Positions 33,861 through 44,199 of a DNA stretch of 64,000 nucleotides are shown piece after piece. Where the stretch lies: the NCBI GenBank assembly GCA_000004985.1, contig GG738876.1; one strand, written 5' to 3'. Each line of letters starts with the position of its first letter. The first letter of the stretch is position 1. The translations under genes were made by a program, and so were the position numbers. The notes below the pieces were generated by a model, which saw only the letters and a program-made list of their open reading frames with translations, was not told the DNA's origin and did no database searches. Source of the DNA: Naegleria gruberi. Taxonomy: Eukaryota.

Positions 33861-34626
33861 AATGTGAATGTTGCCATGTTTCCAATTTAACCTTTTTCGT
33901 AGTGTTATTGAAAAGGTACATTATGAATTTCGAGTTAATGCAAATATAAACTATTAAATTTTCTTTAAAGTTTCTTTAAAAATTATGAAAAGCGCAATAA
34001 CAATTAATAATTAATGTTTGGATTCTTCACGAAAAAAGTGATAGAAGGCTCAGGTAGACCTCTTTTCACAGCAATCCAATCTTCCTGACTTCTGCCACCC
34101 ATATTGTATTGGTATATTTCGTTTGCTGAATAGATTGCTGACAATCTTATTAAAGGTATTATTAACAACAATGATGGCAACAATTGAGATTGCAACATTT
34201 TGGTTTTCCTTTAATTTGTTTGAAGATTTTGTATCCAATTTGAACTTTCATTGAATGAAGATCTTGTAATCTTCCCATTTGAATTCCTATCCCACTCCTT
34301 TTGATTCCAAGTTTCAGTTGCAACAGTAATTATCAAAGTATCTCGATATGGAAATGATTGAAAATATCACACAGAACTCAGCATGTCTTTTTTCACATGT
34401 GCATTACAACATCCACCTCTGCATCCAATTGTAAATGATCCTTCACATTGAAAAATTCCACACTTCTCTTCATAGTTTCCACTTCTTATTCGGACTCTAA
34501 ATTATTTCGATAATTTTCAAAAATTAAAAATTTAAAAAAACTCGTTGAAAAAAAAGCGAAAAAACCTCAAACCGAATTTTTTGTGGAATATTTTTCATCA
34601 CCCTTTATCGTCATCTTCATCATAAT

Positions 34627-35856
34627 ATGTCTTCCTCCGCACCACCAGTTCTTCCAAAGGGAAGTACCATGAGAGATATTTTCGATTATTGCGAAAAGAA
34701 TGGATTAGATTCTGTTGCGCAAGGTATGATTGAATTGGCTCCTCCTATTAAATTGAGAGGTTTGCTTCAACATATTACTATGGATGATTCTGTCCATCAA
34801 TATAGATTACGTATGGGTCAACCAATTTATAGAGAAGGCTTGTTGAACATGTTGCATAATCACTATGGAATGAAGAATTTAACAGTTGATAACATTTTGG
34901 CTGTTCAAGGTGTTACTGCTGGATGTCTTTCTACATTGTTGTGGTTGAAGGAACAAGGTAAATCACAAATCGGATTAATGACACCATTCTATACTTATCA
35001 CTTGCGTGATATTGAAAGTGTTTTTGGTAATACTAAAGAAGCTTTGGAAAAGCATGCCAGATTCATTAAATTAGGTCCTGCTCCAAACTTTGATATTGAT
35101 TTTGATGATATTGAAGAAAATTATTTAAAGAAGGGATTGTTGGACTGTTTAATGATTTGTAACCCAGGTAATCCAACTACTCGTGTCTATGAAAAGGATG
35201 AATTGGAAAGACTTGTTCGTTTGTGTGCCAAATATGATTGTTATGTCTTGTTGGATGAATGTTATTGTGACATGGTTTGGAGAAGGGATGAAAATGGAAA
35301 GACTACCATTGATTTTGTTTATTGTCCACAAGCTAACGATGAAATTTTGAATACTTTGAAGAATGTTATTGTCTGTAGAGGTTTCTCAAAGAATATGGGA
35401 TGTCAATCATGGCGTTGTGGTTATGTTATTGCTCATCAAGATGTTATTAATTCATTGATGCGTACTCATGATCCATTGTACATTTGTGTTCCATATTTCC
35501 AACATGCTTTGGGTGAATATTTGAAGGATGATTTGCCAGATTTTGCTAGACATGTTAGAGAAACAGGTCAATTGATGCTTGATAACTTGGAAGTTTTGAA
35601 GGAAGCTTTCTCAAAGAGTTTGGGTTGGAAATTATATCAACCAAGTGGTTCCATGTATGCTTTATTCCAACATGAATCTGCTTCTGATTTGGATGCTGTT
35701 GTTGAAGCTCTTAAATTGGGTGTTGGTGTCTCTCCTGCCAGCATTTTCTATCCACCAGGTGTTGATAATAGTGGAATGATTAGAATTCACTTGGGTATTT
35801 CACACGAAAAGGCCAAGAGAATTGCTAAACAATTGGTTGAACGTTCTCAAAAGTAA
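34627..35856 (+). CDS. Class I/II PLP-dependent aminotransferase
   Basis: NPGNPTT (consensus NPxNPTG); PLP-lysine region CRGFSKNMGCQSWRCGYV; 409 aa, intron-less. Confidence 0.75.
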   Translation: MSSSAPPVLPKGSTMRDIFDYCEKNGLDSVAQGMIELAPPIKLRGLLQHITMDDSVHQYRLRMGQPIYREGLLNMLHNHYGMKNLTVDNILAVQGVTAGCLSTLLWLKEQGKSQIGLMTPFYTYHLRDIESVFGNTKEALEKHARFIKLGPAPNFDIDFDDIEENYLKKGLLDCLMICNPGNPTTRVYEKDELERLVRLCAKYDCYVLLDECYCDMVWRRDENGKTTIDFVYCPQANDEILNTLKNVIVCRGFSKNMGCQSWRCGYVIAHQDVINSLMRTHDPLYICVPYFQHALGEYLKDDLPDFARHVRETGQLMLDNLEVLKEAFSKSLGWKLYQPSGSMYALFQHESASDLDAVVEALKLGVGVSPASIFYPPGVDNSGMIRIHLGISHEKAKRIAKQLVERSQK

Positions 35857-35996
35857 ATTGATTGTTCTTTATTAGCAGTTTATTGGAATTTCTATATGGA
35901 CTAGAGTGAAACTTCTTTGTCTATTCCTTGTACAATCAACGAATAAGTTTAAAAACTGAATCAGAATCAGTGAAAACCTCTCCTAGATGAAATATT

Positions 35997-36608
35997 GTGA
36001 GGGAACTTTTCCTTAATAAAAAAATGTCCATTCTCTATGCAGCCATCTACCAATTTCAATCTTCAGATAATCCAGTTCTTCTCGGAGAGGGTCCAAAATC
36101 GAGTGAATTAAGCACGACCATTTCCAAGAAGGTATTGCCTTTGTGTTTATTTTCTTCATCATCAAAGACCGATGATCAAAAGCAAGCCATCACACATGGT
36201 CCTATTCAATATTCCTATGTGGTCTCCAAGCAGGTAATTTATGTGGTGGCCGCAGAGAAGGGAACCAAGTTGAGAGTGCTCTCGGATTTTCTCAGAGTTT
36301 TGGAAGATAAATTTACATGTATTAATGATAAGAAACAACCAGGAAGAGTTTCAAAATTCATCTTGGCCTGTGTTAAGCAATACAATACAGATCCTACCAA
36401 GATGGATAAGATTGCACAAATGGAGGAAAAGATTGAGACAGTTAAGGATAGTATGATGAATAATATTGATGAAGTTTTAAAGAGAGGAGAACGTGTGGAA
36501 AAGCTACAAGGTGATACTGGTGAGTTGGAGGACATAACAGCTGATTTTAAGAAGAATACTAGAAGTGTAAAGAGAAGACAAGTTGGTAATTCATGTCAAA
36601 TCCTATAA
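35997..36608 (+). CDS. Longin-domain R-SNARE, Ykt6-like, with C-terminal CaaX box (CQIL); likely true start at second Met (36024)
   Basis: N-terminal longin-like domain. SNARE heptads with central Arg (KRGERVEKLQGDTGELEDITADFKKNTRSVKRRQ). No TM; ends ...NSCQIL, consistent with a geranylgeranyl CaaX as in Ykt6. Confidence 0.65.
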   Translation: MRELFLNKKMSILYAAIYQFQSSDNPVLLGEGPKSSELSTTISKKVLPLCLFSSSSKTDDQKQAITHGPIQYSYVVSKQVIYVVAAEKGTKLRVLSDFLRVLEDKFTCINDKKQPGRVSKFILACVKQYNTDPTKMDKIAQMEEKIETVKDSMMNNIDEVLKRGERVEKLQGDTGELEDITADFKKNTRSVKRRQVGNSCQIL

Positions 36609-36680
36609 TTGTACATTAATATATTAATTTCTTCACATATTATAGCTTGGTCCAAATCCTCTTTTAAAAGATAGTGAACT

Positions 36681-39600
36681 TTAAATGTCAAGTCGAACAT
36701 CATCTGCAGTTTCGACAACCTTCTTGACTAAAACTTCCTTATGTAATTGTCCAATAAGTCTTCCCATCCAAACAACAAACAAATCGTCAATTCTCAATTG
36801 AGAGAAGAGAAGGTGAGCAATGAGGGCTGGTGTATCTTCACTTATGGCAACAGGACATGTTTGATAATCGAGCGAAATCCTTTCACTTCTTGGATTATTA
36901 TTGTCTTGTAACTCGATAGTGTGATTGGAATTTTGATTTTCTTCAGTGAGGGCAGGCTCCCACCCAAAATATAATGATTCACCTCTTGACAAGAGTTTGG
37001 TTGACAAATTCTCTTTTTCTTCTTGATGTTCTGGATGTTCTTGAGTATTACCACTATTACTGTGGCTAGACTCCTCCTGTTCGATTGCTTGCTTTTTCAA
37101 ATTGTAAATATTTTGTAATTGAATTAAAGAAATAGTACCCAATAAGAACATATCCTTCTTGCTATTGACAACTGGGAATGTCTTTGGCAGAACCTTTCTA
37201 TTTTCTAAAATAGTTTCCAACTCACTAAATGAAGCATTTTCCTCAAAAACTATTAAAGAATCTGCATAATTCATAATATCCTTAACAGTGAAATTATCAT
37301 TGTCCGTTTGTGCTTCCAACAATGCTGGCCAACCTTTGAGTTTGATAATTGAATCATAAATGTTCAAAGTTAAGGATCTACTAATCTTGACTGCAATAAT
37401 GGCTGCCATTAGAGAGGGTAAATAGACTCCAGTACCAGCCACTTCCAATAAGATAAATACTGTACTAAAAGCATGAGTAGCACTAGCAGACAGGGCAACA
37501 GCACCAACAATTGCATAGCCTCCAGCATTGATAGCATATTCTGAATTGGTGTATCCATTTTGGAACATAAAGTGCATCACTTCACCCCAGAAACGACCAA
37601 CACCAGCACCCATAACAACGAGAGGTACGTAAATACCTGCAGGGATTGGTAAGGAAACTGAAATAAAGCTAAGCAAAATTCTGAAAACGAGGAAAATACT
37701 CAAGTGGGCAAAAAGCTCATTATAATAATTTACACCTTTTGTTCCTTCACTGATCCATGCTCCAATTGCTCCATTTTCTGGTAGTAATTGTTGTCCGTAA
37801 AATAAGCTTTCCAATGTTTGACTAACAGAAAGTGACATGAATTTTCCAAACAAATAAGGGAATGTTATAACACTAGTAATGATTGCAATCAAAACAGACC
37901 AAAGGAAAATATTTTGGAGTGGATACAAGTATTTCTTTCCATTCAGTTTTCCAAATTTGAAAAATCCCAAATAATATCCTCCAAATCTATTTCTCAATCG
38001 AAGAAGTTTGTCATTGATAAAAACAAATCCTACGCCCATAAGTCCAAGGAATGCTCCTAAAAGTGCATATGAAATTAAATCTGGAATGGTATATGCTGGC
38101 AATGAAAATCTAATGTGCCAAACAAATGACAAGTAAATAGTGCCATCAGTTGCAGCGTGTAAAAGACGAGAAGTAAGAGCAGCAACTACGGCCACATAGA
38201 AAGACTTGATATAAGTTCTCAATGAATAGTATGTACCGATAGCTTCCAGAGCTAGTAATACACCACCTCCAGGTGTACCAAAGTTTGCACCAACACCCAT
38301 GGCCTAATGAAATTATAGTTCATTCAACAACCAGAAAGAGAAAATCAACTTACACAACCACAGGCAATCATTTGAGCTCTCAAGGTCTTACTATCCTTAA
38401 TGCCTTTGAATATTTTCAATTTCAGTAAATTATCAGCCAGTGAAGCTCCTATGGTGATTACAGGACCAACTCGACCTACAAACATGCTCGCTCCAATCAC
38501 TAGAGGCAAACAAAATACTCTTACAAATAAAGTTTTAAATGCTACTGGATCTTTGAGTGAATCGACACCAGTCTGAAATATTGAATCAGTTTCTGTTATC
38601 AATAAATTTGAAATATATCATGATAAACATACCAAAATTGCTTTGATTGCTGGAACACCACTTCCTTCAGCAGTTGGAGCGACCCAAGCAGTCATGAATA
38701 AACAAAATATAATAAAGGTAATATTATACAAGACCCACATTACCATCTTGACAGCATTTCTTGACGTTTCATCTGTTATGTAATTGAATTGTTCAATTAG
38801 TTCCCATCTCCCAATTTCCATATATGTTATAACAATATCCTGTACAAAGACAATCAAACCTCCCAAGAGCCCTAAAATACTCAAGAATGTCCACACATAT
38901 TTCTGTGCTGCGAAATCAGTGTACTTTTTAAATAACCTCTTGATATCAAATCTTCCTCCACTGGAAACAGTGGCAAGTCCTCGTTCCTTTAACTCTTTCA
39001 CTTTCATTTCAAAATCGTGAGCTGTGTGCAGAATTTTAAGCATTGTGTAAGTATTAATTTGGTCAAATGAGGCACTTGTTGAAATGTTAAAATTACTAAA
39101 TGCTGATTTCTTTTGTACTGTTGGTGGTGTCTGCAATCCAATATCTCTATCATCATTAAAATCCTCATTCGTTTCATTATTTCTTCTATTAAATATTGTG
39201 GTCATTTGTCCATATCTTGTTTTCGTTGTATCCTCTATTCCTAATTTCACCTCATTCTCATCCAACATGGGTACATCGGAAAAGTTTAATTTATCAGAAC
39301 ATGATGAACTACTCCTACTATGATCTGTTCCTGCTGAATTAGGAGTAATGATAACTCCAGAATTTACAGAATTTGCAGAGTTTGTTCTACTGTGAGAGGG
39401 AGGTTTTTGAGTTTTTGATTTTTCCTCTTCCTTCTTCGGAATTGCTTTCATTCCAGGAGGAGGCATAATATATGTAGTACTTGGAGAACTTGGGCTCTCC
39501 ACAACAATTACTTCCTCATCCTCCGAATCATCTGCATAATCATAGAATGGATTTCTTTCCAGAACAGCATTAATTACATCATTGTTGAGGTAGGAAGGTG

Positions 39601-39703
39601 TTGCTGGAGTTTTTACAGAATTAGTAGAACCACTTGCTCCTCTATTATTGCTATTCAAACTATTTGTACTAGCAGCCTTTGAGCCACCAAATCTAAAGGA
39701 CAT
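36681..39703 (-). CDS. CLC-family chloride channel/transporter with C-terminal CBS domains, complement(join(36681..38303,38354..38572,38633..39703))
   Basis: GSGVPAIKAIL (GSGIP motif), GRVGP (GKEGP motif), and FGTPGGGVLLALE (GxFxP motif) across the three track ORFs. They are joined by two short introns (60 and 50 nt, GTATGT/GTAAGT...AG), and the splice choice reproduces the conserved ILTGV...KTLFVRV spacing. Two CBS-like repeats at the C-terminus. Confidence 0.8.
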
Positions 39704-40069
39704 CCAAAATTATAATATATATATTTAATAATATTGATAATAATAATAATGATGATAAATTGGAATAAGATGATGCAGAAGTGTATTACACTGCGTGCCA
39801 ATAATATGCTGTTTGAAAAAACAGTGCACAAACTAACAACAAAATTATTCAAATTCCGATGTTGAAAGTTGCTGACCAAAGATGATGAAATATTTTTTCT
39901 GTTGTGGTGATCTTCTCCAAATTACAAATTATCCGTAAATTCATATTCTCGCCAATTCATCAAATTAAAAAATAATTGAGCTGTAGTTGATATTTGTAAT
40001 CTTTGGAACAAACAATGTTCTCAGAACATTCAATAAACTCGTTTACAATTTCTGGTTTGTTAGTGAAAT

Positions 40070-43000
40070 ATGGGAGCTGTGCGTTTAGAATCGAAAAAAA
40101 AAATGGCCGATAATCTTTCCACTGTCTCTGTTGCACGTGGAGGTGAGGATGATGGCACTGGTTTGATTGGTCAATTGCCGAATGAATTGATCAAACAAAT
40201 ATTTTACTATTGTAGTGGGAAGGAGGAAGTACAAAATTTAGCACTCACCAACAAGCTTTTATATTCAATTTTTGATGCCGAGATGGAATTGAATTTAGAT
40301 CGGCTAAGATTGGGATTTTTGAATGGAAGAGTAAAAAAGGAGAGTAGACTTTCACGTCTATTGGAGTTGTACAATTCTAATAATGGTGAAATGTTGACAT
40401 ATGACCAATACTTTGTGGATAAGAATTTAATGTACAAGGAGGCCTATACTGATAGAATTCAAGTACCTTCTCTGGATGCTGGTGATGAAGAAATTAATAG
40501 AGAGGATTTTATTAAGTCCATGCTATGTGATATTCCAGCCTCTCGTAATATGAAATTGAATGAAGATGATGAAGATAATGAGAAAGAAGATGAGGAAAAG
40601 GAGGATAAGGATAGTGATGAAGAGGAAGAAGCTCCAAAAAAGAAGAAACGAAAACTTTCTAAAAAAGCAAGGAAAAGATTTGACGATGAAGATATGAATG
40701 ATGACGAAGATGAAGAACAAGATGATGAAGAAGGGGATAGTGACGACGAAGAAGAAGCAAAAGTTGCCAAAGCAAAGAAAGGATTTGAAGCTAATACTCT
40801 CAATGAATTCAAGACTAGAATTAACAAATTGCTCAAGAAAAACACTTTGGCTGCAACAATTTCGAACATCATCTTTGAATTCAACAAGTCTTCCAATATC
40901 AAATTCATTATTGCAGGTGGTTTTGTGCTTCATTGCATTACTGGGTGTAGTTCATGTGATATTGATATTTTCTGTATCAATAATGGAGAAGATGACAAGA
41001 GTGTGGATATTGCTTTCAAGAAGGTTCTTGCTATCATTGAAAAGAAATTGAAAGAAGAATCTATCGAGTATAGAGTGTTGAAAACTAATGGTACACTCAA
41101 CATTATGCCTAAGATTAGTGGAGAACGAACAAAATTCCAAAACAAGTATCCAGACTCAAGCACACCAGATAATAAGTTGGGCGTTCAATTTGTTTTGAGA
41201 AGAGTTGCCTCTATTGAAGAGCTTATGTGTTTTTTCGATATTGACGCATGTAGATTTTCATTTGATGGTGAAAAGGTCTATACTATATTGGAAGGGTTAC
41301 GTGCTTTGCAGTACAATATGAATTTTATTGGAAGAGAACATATTTCAACTATTCTCTATTATGATAGAGCTATCAAGTATAGCAGAAGAGGCTTTGGAAC
41401 TTTCAGTGTTGACTTTCATCACCCACTCCAACACCGTTTGCACATTCAACCTTTTGTGACTTGGTTGAGAAAATTCTTTGGTGAACATTACTTTAATGAT
41501 GATCCACAAGTTATTGAAGATGATCCTTATTATTCAGGATATTCTAATTGGGATGAATATTCTCATTTAGCACCTTATATGTTTGTTCACATTTATGGCA
41601 ACGGAGACGAAGAACAAAATTATGGAAATAGAGATATTGATGAAGACAATTATTACACTGTCATTTTAAGAAGTGTAGACTATTGGTTGATTGACAAGTT
41701 TTGCAATCATCCAATCAGAACCGTTCTTTCTAGCTTGTGGGAATATTATTCAGATGGTAGATATATTAATGATTTAAAAAAGGTTAAAGTAGAGGATAAC
41801 GTAGACGGAGATGAGGAATTGATTGAATCAATTGCAACACACATTGAAAAGCATGATGTTCACTATTTTTGTAAAGACATTTCAGAATTGTTGCAAAAGA
41901 ACCAATCTATTTACATTACCGAGGGCTATTTAGATAGTCACTTGATGAAAAAGTACAAGTATTACAAGTGCTATATTTGTGGAAAGTATTCTCATATTAC
42001 AAAGAAGAAGAAGTGTGAAAATACAGATTTTTGTTCGGAATGTCACAAATTCAATGAGAGAGCCAAGTCACTCCGTAGAGATTTGAATGATAAGGTAGCC
42101 ATAGTAACAGGTGCTAGAGCCAAGATTGGTTATGAAACTGCCTTGTTATTGCTTAGAATGAAATGTACTGTTGCTGCTACTTCCAGATTTGCACACAATG
42201 CCTTTGACAAGTTCAAGTTAGAGAAGGATTTTAATGACTGGAAAGATAGATTACTTGTTTATCCATTAAATTTGAAAGATGGTAAATCAGTGATGGAATT
42301 TATTGAATTTATCAAGAAGAAATTCAAGCATATCGATATCATTATTAACAATGCAGCTCAAACCGTCCGAAGACCAGTCACTTATTATCAACCTCTTATT
42401 GAAATTGAATTGAAAAATTGTGATAGTCCTCTTCCTCTTTCCCTTCCAACTGAAAATAAGGATGTCAAGGAATTGCAAGTACTCAGCAATAATTTGATTG
42501 AACAAACCATTCGATGCACCAAAGAGACAAGTCTTCCTGAGGATTTATCTTACATACCAACTAGTGAGAAGGATAAGTTTGGAGAGTTTATTGATAAGAG
42601 AAAGCTCAACAGTTGGAATCAATCGTTGACTGATACTTCGACTATTGAATTGGTAGAGGCTCAAATGATTAACAATGTTGCTCCAACTCTTATTGTTTCA
42701 AATTTGCAGGGAGTCATGACACCTGACTATGATAAGGCTGATGGCGATAGTAATCCAAATGATTCTCTTGCATTGGGCTATTCTTTCATTATTAATGTGA
42801 GTTCTCACGAAGGTCAATTCAACACAACTGGAAAGACAGACAATCACATCCATACCAACACTTCCAAAGCATCATTGAACATGCTTACCAGATCTGGTGC
42901 TAATCAATTTGCCAAGAGTGGTATTTTGATGAATAGTGTTGATACTGGATGGGTTTCATCAGCAATCAAAACATTCAAAGATCCTGTACTAAATTGTGAA

Positions 43001-43090
43001 GATGCTGCCTACAGAATTTTATACCCAATCCTTTCAGGATCTTTGGATTATGGTAAATTGTACAAAGATTACAAAGTGGTAGATTGGTAA
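40070..43090 (+). CDS. Multidomain protein: F-box-like N-terminus, long acidic D/E tract, CCHC zinc knuckle, C-terminal short-chain dehydrogenase/reductase (SDR)-like domain
   Basis: LPNELIKQIFYYCSGKEEVQNLALTNKLLYSIF (F-box-like). About 100-aa D/E/K-rich tract. CYICGKYSHITKKKKC (CX2CX4HX4C). SDR Rossmann VAIVTGARAKIGYETA, NNAAQT, INVSSHEGQF...HTNTSKASLNML. The canonical YxxxK Tyr position appears substituted. 1006 aa. Confidence 0.6.
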   Translation: MGAVRLESKKKMADNLSTVSVARGGEDDGTGLIGQLPNELIKQIFYYCSGKEEVQNLALTNKLLYSIFDAEMELNLDRLRLGFLNGRVKKESRLSRLLELYNSNNGEMLTYDQYFVDKNLMYKEAYTDRIQVPSLDAGDEEINREDFIKSMLCDIPASRNMKLNEDDEDNEKEDEEKEDKDSDEEEEAPKKKKRKLSKKARKRFDDEDMNDDEDEEQDDEEGDSDDEEEAKVAKAKKGFEANTLNEFKTRINKLLKKNTLAATISNIIFEFNKSSNIKFIIAGGFVLHCITGCSSCDIDIFCINNGEDDKSVDIAFKKVLAIIEKKLKEESIEYRVLKTNGTLNIMPKISGERTKFQNKYPDSSTPDNKLGVQFVLRRVASIEELMCFFDIDACRFSFDGEKVYTILEGLRALQYNMNFIGREHISTILYYDRAIKYSRRGFGTFSVDFHHPLQHRLHIQPFVTWLRKFFGEHYFNDDPQVIEDDPYYSGYSNWDEYSHLAPYMFVHIYGNGDEEQNYGNRDIDEDNYYTVILRSVDYWLIDKFCNHPIRTVLSSLWEYYSDGRYINDLKKVKVEDNVDGDEELIESIATHIEKHDVHYFCKDISELLQKNQSIYITEGYLDSHLMKKYKYYKCYICGKYSHITKKKKCENTDFCSECHKFNERAKSLRRDLNDKVAIVTGARAKIGYETALLLLRMKCTVAATSRFAHNAFDKFKLEKDFNDWKDRLLVYPLNLKDGKSVMEFIEFIKKKFKHIDIIINNAAQTVRRPVTYYQPLIEIELKNCDSPLPLSLPTENKDVKELQVLSNNLIEQTIRCTKETSLPEDLSYIPTSEKDKFGEFIDKRKLNSWNQSLTDTSTIELVEAQMINNVAPTLIVSNLQGVMTPDYDKADGDSNPNDSLALGYSFIINVSSHEGQFNTTGKTDNHIHTNTSKASLNMLTRSGANQFAKSGILMNSVDTGWVSSAIKTFKDPVLNCEDAAYRILYPILSGSLDYGKLYKDYKVVDW

Positions 43091-43265
43091 ATTATCTATT
43101 TATGGTAACAACTCAAAATGAATAAACTACTTTTTAACACCTTTGATTTATCTTCCTTTTCTTTATTAGAAGCATCAAACTTTAATAAATACAATTCGTT
43201 TCTTGCTAACCGAATCAATTATCATTACAAAAAAACCAAAACAATTAATCTACTGAGAAGTTGAA

Positions 43266-43485
43266 GATGGTTCTCTCCAATTTAATTTTGATCATTTTGG
43301 CAATCCTTCTACCACCTGTACCTGTTGCCATCAAGGTAAGTGTTTAAATTGATTCTATTCGAAACTAAACAATAACTATAGACTGGCTGCAGTTTCCACC
43401 TCTTGATTAACATTATTCTCCTCATTCTAACGGTTTACATAGGGGCACTAATACACGCGATATACGTCATTGTAGCAGTTCATTA
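43266..43485 (+). CDS. Pmp3/Lti6/UPF0057 plasma-membrane proteolipid, join(43266..43334,43381..43485), 57 aa
   Basis: MVLSNLILIILAILLPPVPVAIK|TGCSFHLLINIILLILTVYIGALIHAIYVIVAVH matches PMP3 conserved positions (LPPV..., ...HAIYVI). 46-nt GTAAGT...TATAG intron, phase 0. Missed by the ORF track because of the intron. Confidence 0.75.
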
Positions 43486-43508
43486 GCTGAAATAAAAGTT
43501 TATTTTGA

Positions 43509-44138
43509 TTAGTCATGAATTTTACCATTTGCAATCACAGAAAGATTGGAAACCAATCCATCCAATTGAGAATGTTGTCTTCCTCCTCCATTATAAATGA
43601 TCTTTCCAATAGAAATCTTGTCAGATCTTGAATATTCCAAATTTCCTTGATATGCCTTAACAGAACCAACAACATTACCATTGACAGTAAGAATGGATCC
43701 ATGGTGCTTATTATATCTCCATTCTATGTGATGTTTCTCATTTAATCTCAAAGGTTCACTGTCATTGGTCAAGGCAATCAATTTTCCGTTTATATTTCCA
43801 TAAACACCAACAACTCCAGGTTTTTTATCAGAATCTTTTCCAAACAAGTAGAAGGTAAAGACCCATTTTGAACTATCTGATAAATCTCCCATGCTAATAA
43901 TCATGGAACAATACTTGTTGGCGAAAGAATTGATAACCACATCAAACGAAACCAAAACTTCACCTCTAATCACGCTGTATAGAAAGGAAACTTCCTTTTT
44001 CAAAGAATCAACTTGTTGTTCAAGAGATGGTTGAAATGAATCCTGTTGAGATTGTGTAATTTGCATACTGGACTTTTTTTTTGGTGTTTGAGAGCTTTTG
44101 AACATATTAGAGGTCGAATGAAACGTGAAAAATACCAA
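43509..44138 (-). CDS. Hypothetical protein, concanavalin-A-like/LamG-like beta-sandwich suspected
   Basis: 209-aa ORF whose pattern (VFTFYLFGKDSDKKPGVVGVYGNINGKLIALT...ILTVNGNVVGS) resembles lectin/LamG folds. Weak. Confidence 0.35.
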   Translation of the reverse strand: MVFFTFHSTSNMFKSSQTPKKKSSMQITQSQQDSFQPSLEQQVDSLKKEVSFLYSVIRGEVLVSFDVVINSFANKYCSMIISMGDLSDSSKWVFTFYLFGKDSDKKPGVVGVYGNINGKLIALTNDSEPLRLNEKHHIEWRYNKHHGSILTVNGNVVGSVKAYQGNLEYSRSDKISIGKIIYNGGGRQHSQLDGLVSNLSVIANGKIHD

Positions 44139-44199
44139 ACGTGATGAATCACTGATTGAAGATGTGAATGAGTGTTTAGCTAGTCATTTATTCATTGTA

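Noticed and set aside
36842-37054. 70-aa ORF internal to the CLC channel gene
   Set aside because: Out-of-frame overlap inside a well-supported CLC exon.
40459-41163. Several antisense ORFs (149, 136, 77, 62 aa) opposite the acidic tract of the F-box/SDR gene
   Set aside because: Mirror-image low-complexity frames (poly-S/F/I) generated by the GAA/GAT-rich sense strand, not independent genes.
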